This document shows positions 47,910-61,479 of a stretch of DNA of 64,000 nucleotides, piece after piece (position 1 is the stretch's first letter; every line of letters begins with the position of its first letter). The notes under the pieces were generated by a model. The model was given only the letters and a program-made list of their open reading frames with translations. It was not told where the DNA came from and made no database searches. The stretch is taken from contig NC_057759.1 of the NCBI RefSeq assembly GCF_004010195.1, forward strand, positions 1,347,212-1,411,211, read 5' to 3'. The position numbers and the translations under genes are program-made. Source of the DNA: Chiloscyllium plagiosum. Lineage: Eukaryota.

Positions 47910-50900
47910 CTCATAACATAAGGCCATATGACAAAGAAGCAAAAATTAGGTCATTCAGCCTCACGAGTCTAATACACCATTCAGACATGGTGCATAAGTT
48001 TCTCAACTCCCATTCTCTCGCTTTTTCCTGTAAACTTTGATTCCCTCGACAATCAAGTACCGATCTATATTATTCTTAAATTTACTCAACAATCTGGCTC
48101 TCCAGCCTTCTGTGGCAAGACATTCCTCAGTTTCACCACTCTCTGGCTGAAGAAGTTTCTCCTTATCTCCGTTCTAAAAGATTTTTCCTTTACTCTTAGG
48201 CTGTGCCCGTGGTCCTATCTCTCTCATCAATGGAAACGTCTTCCCAAAATCCATCCTTGTTCAGACCATTCAGTATTCAGAATGTTACAATTAGATGCCC
48301 CTCATTCTTCTAAACTCCATCGAATGGAGACACAAAGCCCTCAAACGTTTCTTAAGCTTCTCGTTCCTGAGACCTTCCTCGTGAACCCCTTCTGAAAAGG
48401 CAACAGGACCAGTATTCTTCCTTGAGATTAGGGGCCCAAATTGCACACAATAATCCAAATGTGGTCTGACAAGAGTGTTATAGTGCCTCAGAAGCACATG
48501 TTGCTTTTATATTCAAATCCTATGGGGATAATCGCCATTATTGCATTTCCCTTCCTAACTACTGACACAACCAACACGTTTACCTTAAGTGAATCCTGGA
48601 CTCGAACTCCCAAACCTCGTTGCATTCAGACTTCTGAATTTTCACCCCCTTTGGGAAAATAGTACATGCCTTTATTCTTTCGACCAAAGTGCATAATTTC
48701 ACGCTTTCCCAATTTGTATTCCATGTGCCACTTCTTTTCCGGCTGTCTTAACTTCTCCAAATCCTTCTTCCGCCTCCCCAGCTCCTCAATGCTACCTGTC
48801 GCTCTACATATCTTTGTATTGTCTGCAAAATTTGGCAGAATGCCGTCAGTTCCTTCATCTAGGTCGTTACTTTATAAAGTGAAAGATCGTGTTTCCAACA
48901 CTTAGCCTTGCGGATCACCACTTGTCACCAGCTGCCATCCTGAAAAGAAACTTTTTATCCCACTCTCTGCTTTGTGCCAAACAGCCAAGCTTTTAACCAT
49001 GCTATCATGTTGCCTCTAACAGCACGGACCCTTATCTTACTCAGTAGCCTCCTGTGTGTCAAGTTGTCAAATGCTTTCTTAAAGTCCAGGTAGTTAACAT
49101 CGATTGGCTCTCCTTGGTCTAACCTGCTTATTATTTCCTCAGATAATTTGAGCAGGCTTATCTGGCATGATTTTCCCGTAGTGAAACCGTGCTGACTTTG
49201 CCCCATTTTACCGTACATTCCCAAATGTTCAGAAATCTCATCATTCACAATGGATTCAAGGACCTTAACAAAAACCGATGTTAGGTTAATAATATCTGTA
49301 ATTTTCTGTCTTTTGCCCTACACCCCTTTTAAAGAAGAGTGTCATGTTATCTATTTTTGCACTGCTCTGGATCCCTCACTAATTTCATTGATTCTTGAAA
49401 AATCACAACCTGCGCCTCCCCTATCTGTTCAGTTATCTCCCTGACAACTCTGAGATGTAGTGCATGTGGTCCAAGTAATTTAGCCATCTTCAGGCAGTTT
49501 CTCTAGCAAGTTTTCACTGGTGATGGTCACCATACTCAGCTTTGCCTCCTCATTCTCTCGAAACTTTGGGATATTAATTGTGTCTTCCTCAGTGAAGATT
49601 GATACATCGTAATTGTTCCGTTTCTCAGCCATTTCCTTTTCACTGTTAGTATTTCTCCAGCATCATTTCCAGCAGCCAAAAGAAAGAACAAAGAGCAAAG
49701 AAAAATACAGGACAGGAACAGGCCGTTTGGGCCCTCCAAGCCTGTGCCAATGCTGATCTTCTGCCTAAAGGTACTACCTATTTTCGATGGTTGTGTGTCC
49801 CTCTGCTACGTGACTATTTATGTATCCATCTAGGTACATCTTAAATGATGCTATCGTGTCCGGCTCTACCACCTCCGCTGGTAACGCGTTCCAGGCACCC
49901 ACCACACTCTGTGCAAAGAACTGCCGTGCATATCTCCCTTCACCTCTTCCCCTCTCACTTTTAACTCGTGACCCTAATAATTGAGTCTCACACTCTAAGC
50001 AAAAAGCTGGTTTCTATCCATCCTGTCTGTACCGTTTCTGGTTTTGTCGATCGCAGTCTAGTCCCCACTCTACCCCACCCCCAAATACCGTATTTGTCAT
50101 CGAAATAATCAAAATTCTTTCAAACTCTTTTCACAGCTAGCACCCTCTATAACAGGCAACATTTTGGTGCTCCTTCTTTGCACCCTCTCCAAAGCATCCA
50201 CAACCTTATGGTAATGTCACGATGAGAAATGTACGCCTATTTCATATGTGACCAAACCAAAGTCCTAAAGAACTGTAACATGACCTGCCAATTGTTGTAC
50301 TCAATAAACCATCGGATGAAGCAAAGTCTGTCGCATGCCTTCTTGACAACTCTATCGACCTGCATTGTCACCTTCGGATTACAATGGGCCTGAACACCCA
50401 AATCTCTCTAAGCATGAATTTTCTCCAGTGCGTTTCATTTCCCGTGTAGTTTGCTCTTGAATGGGATCTTCCAAAATGTATCACCTCGCATTTGCCCGGT
50501 AGAACTGCATCTGCCATTTCTCAAACTAACTCTCCAATCCATACATGACAGTCCCCTTCACTATCTGCTACTCCACCAAATTAGTGTCATCTGCAAATTT
50601 TGTAGTGATACCACCTATAATTTCCTCCAGATAATTCATGTAAATCACAAACAACAGTGGTCCCAGCACAGTTTTGCATTTAGAAAAACTCCATTCCACT
50701 ACTACTCTACATGTCCTTTTGCCCAGTCAGTTCTATATCCATCCAGCTAGGACATTCTGGACCGCATGCGACTTCACTTTCTCCATCAGCCTACCATGCA
50801 GAACCTTACAATGTGCCTGAATGAAGTTCTTGTATATGACATCTATATCCCTTCCCTCATCGATCAATTTTGTCACTTCCTCAAATAATTCTATAAAGTC

Positions 50901-52460
50901 GGTAAGACATTACTTTCCCTGCACAATACTATGTTGCCTACCACAGTAAAACTCATTTTCTTCCAAATCTAAATAGATTCTATCTCTCAGTATCTTCTCC
51001 AGTAGCTTCTCTACCACAGATGTCAGGCTCCCCGGTATATAATTTCCTGATTATCTTTGCTGCACGTCTTAAACAAGAGGACAGCATCAGAAGTTCTCCA
51101 GTCTTCCAGGACCTCACCCATATTCAAGGATGCTATAAAGGCATCTGTTAATGATCCACCTATTTCCTCTCTCGTTTCCCTCAGGAATCTGGGATAGATC
51201 CCATTCAGACCTGGGGACTTGTCCATCTTAATGCCTTTTAGAATACCCAACACTTCCTACCTCCTTATGCTGACTTGACCAAGAGTGATCATATATCTAT
51301 CCCCAACCTCAAATTTCTTCATTTCTCTCTCAGTGAATACCGAGGCAAAGTACACGTTAAAAGCTGCACCAATTTTCATGACTCCATGGTTAACTTCCCT
51401 CCTTTAAGTGGGCTAAATCTTCCTCACTTTTGCCTTTGCATCGTCATTATAAACCGAAAGGAACTCTTACAGTCTTCCTCTACATGACTGGCTAGCTTAC
51501 CTTCATATTTAATTTTCTCCCTCCTTATTGCTTTTTGTTTTGTTTCCCCACTTTCGGCCTTAGTAAGCTTCCCAATCCTCTGGCTTCCCACTCCCTTTGA
51601 AAAACAGAAGATTGGAAAACTAACAAAAACCAACAGAGAACAAAAAAAGGGAAATAAGGGGGTAGAAGATTAAATATGACTGGAAGGTAGCAAGTAATGA
51701 ATGTCCTGGTTCATTTTTATTCCACATTCCGAGTATTGTTAGGAGGTCCATGCAACATGCCTTTCTTTTTTTTTGCATTCTTCAATTTCACTTACACACG
51801 CCTTCCCACACTGTCGATCGATTTATTTCATTTCTTATGAACAAGGAAACTTCCACCCGTCTGCCTGTCATTGAATTTGGAAGGGTGTTCTTGGATATTT
51901 ATTTCTTATCCCTGATGCCTTTGAAGCCTAGTCTCTGCGATAGACATAGCATTGTATCTGCCAATTTCAATCTACACCAGACGCTCATATGCCTCCTTTT
52001 GTATTCGATGTGGATTTCAGTCCAATACCCTCAGTCCTGTGTTGTCTCCATTCCCCCTTCCTTTCGTAGATGTTCCCTTATTTGTTATGCCTGAAGATAC
52101 ACTTCTGTCCCTTTCCATACTCACTGTCTTGTTACTTGTAATTGAAACTAATAAACACATCCATCCCCAACCCCTTTAAACTAGTTTACAGTCACTGTGA
52201 TCACCCTGTCCAACTTTACCGCTGAGATCCTGATCCCAGATCGGTTCAGGTAAAGTCTGCCTCAGTGATACAATTCCTTTCTATACCAACTCTAATGCAA
52301 AAGTCATACGAAATGCAACCACTACTTCATGCACTACATTTTTAGCCACGCATTCACATCCTCGTTGTCTAATTCCTATGTCAATTTGCACATAGCTCAG
52401 ATATTGATCCAAGGATAATAACACTTAAAGTCGTACTCCTTCATTTTGTGCCGAGTTATT
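47910..52460 (-). mobile_element. Stacked and nested CR1 LINE segments
   Basis: YNTLVRPHLDYCVQF; SQHGFTTGKSC...YLDFKKAFD; second 3' tail at ~49690-49745; DKSPGLNGIYPRFLRE. Confidence 0.88.
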
Positions 52461-53441
52461 ACCGAAACAGATCCTCTTGTTTCATTTTATTTACAATTAG
52501 CGTAGTAAGTAATTGCTGCGATGGATTAAATGCAATCACTTGACTCAAATGAAATAATTAGCCATACTAAATGTAAGTGGACATCGATAAAAATAAAATA
52601 AGGACACGTTTTTGATTAGTCGATGTAAAATACTTCTAAAATGACATGAAAGTGGAAAGCTGAACAACTTTATTGTTTGGTGAGTCCATCCTCGCGAAAA
52701 TTACTCCTGCGCCGAGGCTTGGAGAAAACCAGTGTGAATAAATGCCCGAGTCCTGTCCTCTCAGAGACAAGGACCCAGGGTTTGAATGACAGTCATTTCT
52801 ATAATACGGTTCGCAGGACACAATCAAATCAGCCACAATATTTTTGAATGGTAGAGCACGTTTAAAGGGCTGAATCGCCTCATGATGCACCTGAGTCGTA
52901 TGTTCATGTAGTCTTGAAAAAGAAAAATTGACTCTGCTGTTGTTTGTGTGTGACTCAATGGGATGGACAGGCTTTTCCTGACACTAGGAATTGCCTCAAA
53001 TATTCTGCAGAATATTCCATAACTGATATTACCCAAAATGTTCCATAACCAACATTACTCAGAATATTCCTCAATGAATATTTTCCATAACATTATAAAG
53101 CTGATTCTATTGTTGAAAGGCGGGACATCAGTTAATTGAATAAAAGTTAAGATACCAAGGGAAAAGACCCCCTTCCAGAACACAACGTTTCCAAATCCCC
53201 ATGCAGTAAAAGGCCTGAATATGTTTTCCTTGCATTTATATTTCTTCACCACAAAGGATCAGCCAGAATATAGATTAAAACAGATAAATGTTCAAACTCA
53301 GTTTGTTGTCAAGAAAATAGGGAAAGAATCCTTCAGGATAATAACATTTTCACTCTCCAACAAAGGAACTGTAAAGAATTGCCTTATGTCAGCGCTTGAG
53401 AGATGACTGCAGAGGATCTTTCTCGACATTACCATTTCTCA

Positions 53442-53464
53442 TGTGTGTGTGTGTGTGTGTGTGT
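53442..53464. repeat. (TG)n microsatellite about 145 nt upstream of the GPCR acceptor
   Basis: Direct reading. Confidence 0.9.
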
Positions 53465-53608
53465 TTGTGTTTGGCAAAGGACCGTTACATTTTGTTGAAC
53501 TAACGCAGACCTTCCTCTTTCATTTGAAAATCTCAAATGTCCTCAATCAAAGTGTTTTTTTTTTCACTCCAGGCTGAGACATAATTTGTTTATTTTCCTT
53601 CCTTGCAG

Positions 53609-54504
53609 TTAACATAATCACGATCTTCGTTCTGATATATAAAAATTGTGGATTGTCTACATGTGTGAGTCGATACCTGGTGGCCATGGCAGTGGCGGAT
53701 CTACTAATTGTTATCATTGACCTCACATTGAGACACATTCCAATCGTTTATCGGGAAAAGTTTTATTTCCTCTATTCCATCCCAGTGTGTAATATCCACG
53801 CAGTTCTGCTTTATGCAGCCACTGACTGTTCTGTCTGGTTCACTGTTTCTTTCACCTTTGATCGATTTGTGGCCATTTGTTGCCAGAAGCTGAAAAGTAA
53901 ATATTGCACAGAGAAAATGGCGTCTGTAGTTCTGGGAACAGTGACTGTGCTGAGCAGTTTGAAGAACATTTTCTGGTATTTTATGCTCACAGGTTCATAT
54001 TGGCTGGTGAACTACCCCTGGTTTTGTGCTGTTACTTTCGGTTCTTATGATTCTCACGTCTGGGTCATAATCGAGTTCCTCCACCATATTCTAACACCAA
54101 CTCTTCCATTTCTCCTAATTCTGTTGCTCAATATTTTCACCGTCAGATACATTGTAGTGACAAGCAGAGCCCGCAGGAGACTCCAGGCTCACAGCAATAG
54201 AGATTCTCGAGGAGACACGGAAATGAAGAGCCGAAGAAAATCCATCATTTTACTGATTGTACTGTCGGCCAATTTCATCCTTTCGTGGTCAATGTTAATG
54301 GTGTTTTCCATATGGAACCGAATGTATTTGTTTGGATACGAGTCTTTGTACCTACATCGCTTTGTGCAGGAAATAGGTTACATGTTGCAGCTCCTCAGTT
54401 GCTGTACAAACACTGCGATTTATGCTGTCACCCAGACCAAGTTCAGACAGCAGCTGAAGAATGTGCTTAAATGCTCTTTAACCCAAATGAATCAATACAT
54501 CTGA
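53609..54504 (+). CDS. GPR139-like: GPR139-like class A GPCR, coding exon 2 (end of TM1 to TM7 and C-tail)
   Basis: Polypyrimidine tract plus TTGCAG acceptor at 53608; G|TT restores the frame (GIP-V-NIITIFVL). Motifs: TM2 YLVAMAVADLL, TM3 CNIH...FTFDRFVAIC, ECL2 PWFC, TM5 PFLLILLLN, TM7 LLSCCTNTAIY, helix 8 KFRQQL; TGA at 54502-54504. Spliced product is 357 aa from ATG 37622, with no stops or frameshifts. Confidence 0.92.
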
Positions 54505-55104
54505 TTCACTAATTGATCAGTCAACCCTGGAATTTATCGTTTCATTTTAAATTTACTGCAATGAGGCAATCTGTCACTATGAGAACAGATTGTGTGCAGT
54601 TCATGTTTGGCCAATATTTAATGCACAGATTTTGGAAACACATTTCAATTTTCCCTCGACTCGGGGGCCAGTGGGAAAAGGTAACATTTCACATACTGTA
54701 TCTTTAACTTCAGTTTGGAGAGATTATAAAATGTTCATAAATATGTGATAATCTGCAGGACAAAGTATTTTTTGTTTTGAGTTTATGTTTAAAAAACTGA
54801 GCTGGAAAGAGACAGACCCAGCACCAAGTGCTGGTTCTCGGGGAAAAAAGAGAGGAACAGGCTGAGCTCAGGATTTGGTTTTACTAACTCTGATCTTGTT
54901 TATACCTCTGATGACACAAAATTCAGGTTCGCACTTCACATCTCCCTCCCCCCCATTCTCCCACGGACAGTGAGAATCTCCTTCTTTCCCACTCTCCTAC
55001 TTCGAACCCCTTCTGATTATATCATTTTCATTGATTATCCTTCCAACACCCAGTCTCCTTCAGACATTCACCTAGGTAAAAACAATGACTGCAGTTGCTC
55101 GAAA

Positions 55105-55230
55105 CCAGATTCTGGATTAGCGGTGCTGGAAAAGCACAACAGTTCAGGCAGCATCCGAGGAGCAGTTAAAATCTGCTCCTCGGATCCTGCCTGAACTGCT
55201 GTGCTTTTCCAGCACCACCAATCCAGAATT
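55105..55230. mobile_element. Palindromic Penelope-derived mini-element lacking the hammerhead centre
   Basis: ~55-bp inverted arms around TTAAAAT at 55166-55172. Confidence 0.8.
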
Positions 55231-56544
55231 CAGACATTTACCGTCAAACACTCTATCGCCCTGCCATTCTGTATCTCTCCCAATGTCCTCAATACTTCTC
55301 TTTCGTTGAAATGTTCATATCGTTCTTTCCTCTACTTTCTCTTCAGAATTTTCCGCACGTTCTCCCTCCCTCTGTTCTCCTGCCTTCATAACTCCTTTCC
55401 CACTTTGTCTCTACTCTTCTGTTCTCTCTTTCCTTAGCCATCATTACTTCCTTTCTCTCTCATTTTCCCTCTCTCGCTATCTCTCTCCCTCTTGCCCCCT
55501 CTCCTTTTCTTCTCTCTGACTGTGCGTTCTGATAGCCCTGTGGATTGGGAACCCTGCTCTGCTAACTCAATTATTTTTCTTCAGGGGACCGGACTCCAAT
55601 GTGGGAAGGACGGAGCCTTGCATTCCACTTAATTTACTCACTGACCTTGAGAGTTATGCACACTCCCTCTGGTAAATCAGAGCGGGTTTATCCATCATGA
55701 AAACGTGTGTGTGTGTGCGCCTATGAATAAGTGTCTGCATGAGTCCATGTATATCTGTCTTTGACTCTAATAGCTGCACGTTTATATTGGTTTGTTTGTG
55801 TGTCTGTGTTTGTTTCTATGTCTGTGCATTTCTACTTTTCTCATTTATCTCATTCTGTCTATCTCTACTTCTGTGTGTGTACATCTGTTTATGTGTGTGT
55901 CTATCTATGTTTGCATGTATCTTTGTGTCTGCGTTTCTGTGCAACGGTGGGCCGTGTTGTTTTAGGGCTGAATCCATTGAAATGGGGCTTAATGCCTCAA
56001 TCTCTCTTTTTCTGCTTCTCGGTCTCTCTGTCTGTCTTCTCTTTCTCTCTCAATCTGTTTTCCTCTTGCATTTAAAATGATGCTGTGCTATCCTCTACTG
56101 GACTCCATACACCACTGCAAAGTAAGCAGTTTTTGTTCGAGATGAAATTAAAGCATCTGAATGTCGCACGTTGCGTAGTTGATTAGTTCTTCAAAGAATG
56201 AGTTTGGAGATACAAAACAGTTTTGTTCATCCTTTGCGATGATGTGCCGAAGAAATGTGCGGAAGGAAATGAGTGTGCCTAATGTCGAATCCCTCCCCCT
56301 TTTGGGTCCATTTAAGGACCTTCAAATGCTTTCTGACAGCGTTGTCACGGTGGGAGACCCAGCAAGTTGTATACAGGCAAACAGAGAGAGTGCGCTATGG
56401 ACAACAAAAGACAATAGCAGTGTCAAAAAGCGAGGACTCCGAGGGCCCGCTGAGTTGAATAGCTCCCGGCACTGCAACTACAAATTAACTGTTTTCTATT
56501 TTTCTGGTTGCAAATTAACAAAGGTAACAAATACTGAGAAAACA

Positions 56545-56642
56545 ATGACTGCAAATGCTGGAGATCCGAGTCTAAACGTGTGACGCTGGAAAAGTGTCCG
56601 AGGAAGAGGAAAGTCGACGTTTTGGGCACACACCCTTCATCA
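56545..56642 (-). mobile_element. Solo Penelope terminus
   Basis: Minus strand TTGATGAAGGGTGTGTGCCCAAAACGTCGAC...TCTCCAGCATTTGCAGTC. Confidence 0.7.
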
Positions 56643-56899
56643 ATTTTAAGTCCCACTGACTCTGAACGCAAGCGGTAATGTGATGAAATTCCTGCTGAGC
56701 CTCTGAACTTGCACCCACTTTAATATTGGCTCTATTTAATTTATCCGACCTCTCTTCAGACGTCCATCTGAAATTAATCACTGCAGCTTTCTGAGCGTAT
56801 CAGTAGACTGCCGTGTGTCTGTCCACTTCACTAGTCTGCCGGGTTCTCTCGGTATTGGCTCGTATTCTCTGTATCCTTCTGAATCAGTCCATAAAAATA

Positions 56900-57510
56900 A
56901 ACTGACAGATGCAGCAGACCTTCATAAGAAGAGGATTTGAGTTCAGAAATCTTACTGCAGTGATACAGGTCCTTGGTCAATCCATACCTTGAGTACTCTG
57001 TGCTGGTTTGGTCTTCACACCTAAGAAAGCACATCCTTATCATAAAGGGAGTGCAGTTCAGTACACTGCTGGCACGAATGTAGTGCTCTAACTGAAATAT
57101 ATAAAAATCTAATAGTGCTAAAAACACGAGATAGAAACAGATTGTTTCCCCTGGTACGGAATTCTCGATGCAAATTCCACAGTCTTATGAAATGGAATAA
57201 GCTTTTCCAAACAGAGGCTAAGAGAACTTTCTTCACTCAGAGGATGGTTAATGTATGGAATTCTCGACTACAGAAAGTTGTGTAGGCCAAACATTCAGGA
57301 AATGCATTGTTTATTTCAATATTACTGTTCTAGTTGGAATTTACCCTACGGAAGGGGAATATTATTATTGGGTCAGCAAGTGAGGGCTGAGATATGGAGA
57401 GGAAATGGTGTTGAGATAGGGGTTCAGGCATGATCATATCAAATGTTGGAATGTGTTCAAAGAGTGAATAGCCTTTTCCTGCTTCTAAGTTCTGCGTTTC
57501 TTTCGTTTTA
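56900..57510 (+). mobile_element. CR1 LINE 3' fragment
   Basis: RSLVNPYLEYSVLVWSSHLRKHILIIKGVQ; KRTFFTQRMVNVWNS. Confidence 0.8.
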
Positions 57511-58569
57511 ATGTTCTCCTGAAAGCAGAACATATTTAAATTCAGTCTAAGGATAGATGTGACTGATTGTATTCCTGGCGTTGCCTCAGTAAAGCAGTCA
57601 CAGCAATGTATTTCTTACTCCTCATGACCAATCCTTTTGAAATAAAAGCCGACAGTCCATGGACCTTCCTAACTCTTGGATGCCCCTATATTTTGACATG
57701 CGATGTGACTTGCACAGAAAGAAAACCAAATCCCTCTAAATGAACTAGTAAGTAGCAGTGTCTGCCCGCATAGTGGGCAATTATTCAGAAGTCAAAAGGG
57801 AATTGACAGAAAAAAATACTGGGAGAAGTAGGGGGAGTGGAAAATATTCGATTGCTCTTTCAAAGAGTATATCTAAATGAGTCGAATAGACACGTCTGGT
57901 GCTGCATCATTCCGTGATTCTATCTTTGCCCATTTCAACTATATATTTTCACATCTTCACACACTTACTTCGGGTACAGTTTCTGAATGAAAGAGAACTC
58001 TGAACATTAGGAATTCCCTCAACATTTTCACACTGTTCTCTTCAGATGGAATGAGTGTCAAGAGAACGAGAAGCCAGGAAGGACCAGACATTGCATAAGA
58101 GAAAGGTTTCGCCTAATGGTGGGGTCAAGGAGTTCTCTTCCACTTGAGAGGCTGTCGCACATCCTCCAGAAAGTTATAGCCAGTTAGCGTAAAGTGCACA
58201 ATTTGAGTAAAAGTGACTCAAGACATGAAATTTATCTGATGGTCATAAAGAGAAAAACTGGCACTCAATGTCCTTGGGGGAGATACTTGCATTTCAGCCA
58301 GTCACTGCGACACTGAACGCCTTCATAGTAAGTGAGAAATTGACATTTATTTAAAAAAACGTTGAAACACTTAGTGTATCCTAAACATATTTACAGGTAA
58401 TCAATAAGTTTTAAATTTGGCACAGTATTATTAAAGTGATGGGAAGTTAATTTCTCCCCGTAGATGCGACCGAACACATCACAACCACCCCACCAAATAC
58501 AACCGTCACGTATTTTGATGGCGTCACTCACAACGTCAACGGCGGTCACATGACCAGCACCCACCTCCA

Positions 58570-60272
58570 GAGCGTGTCTCCAGCTCCACACCAGGACCCA
58601 GCTGAGGATGAATGGTTAGTCCTCACTAAAAGCCTTACCTTCATACCACTATGTCGCCATGTCACTGAATTCTGTGTGCGCTGCCCCTACTTTACTTCCA
58701 CCGCCCCCATCTCCATGTTTCCTTTTTCAATCATGACTCCCATCCTCCCTCCAAAGACCCATTCTCCTGCCTCCAACATACACCATCCTATTGGACACCC
58801 ATTTCAGGCCTCGTATGCTCTCTCATCCTCTTTATCTCCATTTGCCGTTACGACATTGACTGCCTCAATCTGTCTGAGCCTCTGACCCGATCCAACTTCT
58901 CACCATCGCAACACAGCACGCCCATCTCTCTACTCCAACCCCAACAGCACCATCAAACCAGTGGACAAAGTGGGTGCACAGTCATAGTATTTCGCACCGA
59001 TTCTACCTCGTCGAAGCCAGATGCCAAAGTGCTGTCACCTCCTCCTACTGAACCCTCGACCATGACCCCTCCTCTCATCATGAAGCCTTCATATTCCAAA
59101 CTATCCACAACTTCATCAATTCAGGGGATCTCCCATCCACAGCCTCAAACCTCATAGTTCCCTAACCCTGTACTGCAGGTTCTATGTTTTATCCACATTT
59201 CACAAAGCTGAGTACCCAGTTGGCCGATTGTCTCTACCTGCTCCGAACCAACGAAATTGTTACCACGTATCTCGATTCTATCCTGTCCCCTTTGGTCCAC
59301 GAGCACCCCACTTGTATCCGGGACACCACTCACAACCTGCATGTCCTCCATAACTTTCAATTCCCCGGCCTCCAATGCCTCATCCTCTTCATGGACATCC
59401 AGTTCCTTTATACCTCTAGCCCCATGAGGAAGACATAAACGCCGTCCATTTCTTCCTTTCCCCCGACCAATCCAGTCCCCTTCCACCGACACATTCATTC
59501 AATTGGTGGAACTAATTCTCCTTGCAATGCACCCACTTCTGATAAACCAGAAGGCTGGCTATGGGTACTCACGTGTGTCCCAGCTATGCATGTCGCTGCG
59601 TAGGATTCACATAAAAAGGTCCTCTTCCATAGCTCCACCGGCACAATTCGCCATCTTTTCCTCCATTACATTGATCACTGCATCGGTGCTGCCTCCTGCA
59701 CCCACGAGAAGCTTGAACAGTTCATCCACTACGCCAACACGTCCCACCCAGACCTCAAATTTACTTGAACCATCTTGTCTCCTCCCTCTGCATCCTGGAC
59801 CTGTCTATCATCGTCTCTGACAAATGACTCAACACTGATGCCTATTTCAAACACACCTGCAAACTCGAAGAGGAACATCTCATCATCTGCCTTGGGAGTC
59901 TACAACTACAACCTTGATTTCACTAGTGTCTAAAACTATCTCCCCGCCCCCGCACCCTATCCCAGATTTAACCCGCTGATTCAGTTCAACCCTCTTGGCC
60001 TGACATGCCTGTCGAACCTCCTTCTCACCTATCCACTCCAAATGTACCACCGACCTGTACTTAATAATTTCCTACCTTCTCCCAACTATTACCATTGCAC
60101 CTTCTTTTCCCGAGCACCAGCCTCTCCCTCTTATTTAATTCTTATACCCCTTCCTCCTATGTTGACATGCTGATACCTTGCTCCTCAGATGCTGCGTGAT
60201 CTGCTGTGCCTTTTCCACCTCCATACTTCATTGATGTTGATTCTCCAGCATATGCAGTCCTCACTATCTCCT
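58570..60272 (+). mobile_element. Decayed Penelope-like element, GIY-YIG region deleted
   Basis: EDEWLVLTKSLTFIPL; TYLDSILSPLV; LFMDIQFLYTS; LHYIDHCIG; jumps to KLEEEHLIICLG and the 3' terminus. Confidence 0.8.
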
Positions 60273-61479
60273 AGCGCAGCAGTTACTACTCACTCGAAAA
60301 TGATATTGAGGAGATGATCTTCGAATTTACTGATGCTTAAGACGTTTGGGATGCTTCATTTCTATATGTTCTGCAAAGTGAGCTATGCCAATCGGATAGG
60401 AGACTCGCACTCAAAGTCAGTGATAGGCAAGATGGGGACATGGATTATGAAATACCATTCTATGATTATGCTTCTATTGGAACTATAAAGTTGTAACTGT
60501 GGCCATATCCTCTTCTGATCTTCTTTCCATACCTGTGAATAAAATGAATATAGTGACAACTTAAACCAACACAGTTGAAGCGCACATTAGAGAAGGTGAT
60601 CCATTTAACCAATTTTAGTCACAGACGAAGGAGTGCATGAACTATCGGCCAAGGTTTATTTTTTCGCCTTTTTGTGTACAGTGGCAAGACAGTGGAAAAG
60701 ACCTATAAATGACAAAATAAAGCACTTCATCTTCTAATTTATGGAGGGTCCTCCTCCATAAACAGGGAGCGTATTAGTGATACAAGAACAGAAGAAAAAG
60801 TGATTAGAAGCAGGAAACTTTTAAATAAATGTTCTGATTCTTTTAAGCTGCTTTCTGTGACAGCACTAAGGTTCCTCTATCAGATCAGAAATATTCCACA
60901 AGAAGGTGCGTCACCTGAGTTAATGAATGGCGAACCATGCTCCCACGAATGGAGCTGTTTCTAAGTATCATTGAGTAACTAACAGAAACAAACAGAGTAA
61001 ACCTCTCTTTTAAAGAAATAAGCTATTGTTCTATCATATAGATATTTCCATCCTCTAAAACACGTATAGAAAGCAGGGGAGTAGAAACAACAGGAAACAT
61101 GTCCTTGTTCCCGAACTGCAGACAGATCAACATTCTATTTCCATCTATCTTGGCCAGACCTGGAAGTACTGAAAAAACAGTGTAGAACAGAGGAGAACTT
61201 CAGTGGGTCTGCCAGAATCTGTGGACAGAGGGACAGAGTAACTGGTGTAGTACTAGTCGAGTACGCATTACAAATGAAAATCTTAGAAATGTTTTTACAT
61301 ATCGGATGGACACAAAAAGAGGTGTACAGAGAAAGTTGGTGTACATAATCAGTCAAAAACAAAAACGTAGGAGAGAGTAATAAATGAAAATTAAGCTACG
61401 AAAGTGGAAGAATGGGTTGATTTATAAAGAACAATTAAAATAGGAAATAAATAATGGAAGATGGTGTAAATATTGTATT

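Noticed and set aside
53653..54504. Single-exon 283-aa GPCR as given in the ORF track
   Set aside because: Begins at TTG and lacks TM1; the frame extends to the acceptor at 53608 and is completed by exon 1.
55739..56080. Cys/Val-rich hydrophobic ORFs
   Set aside because: Translation of TG/TC low-complexity sequence.
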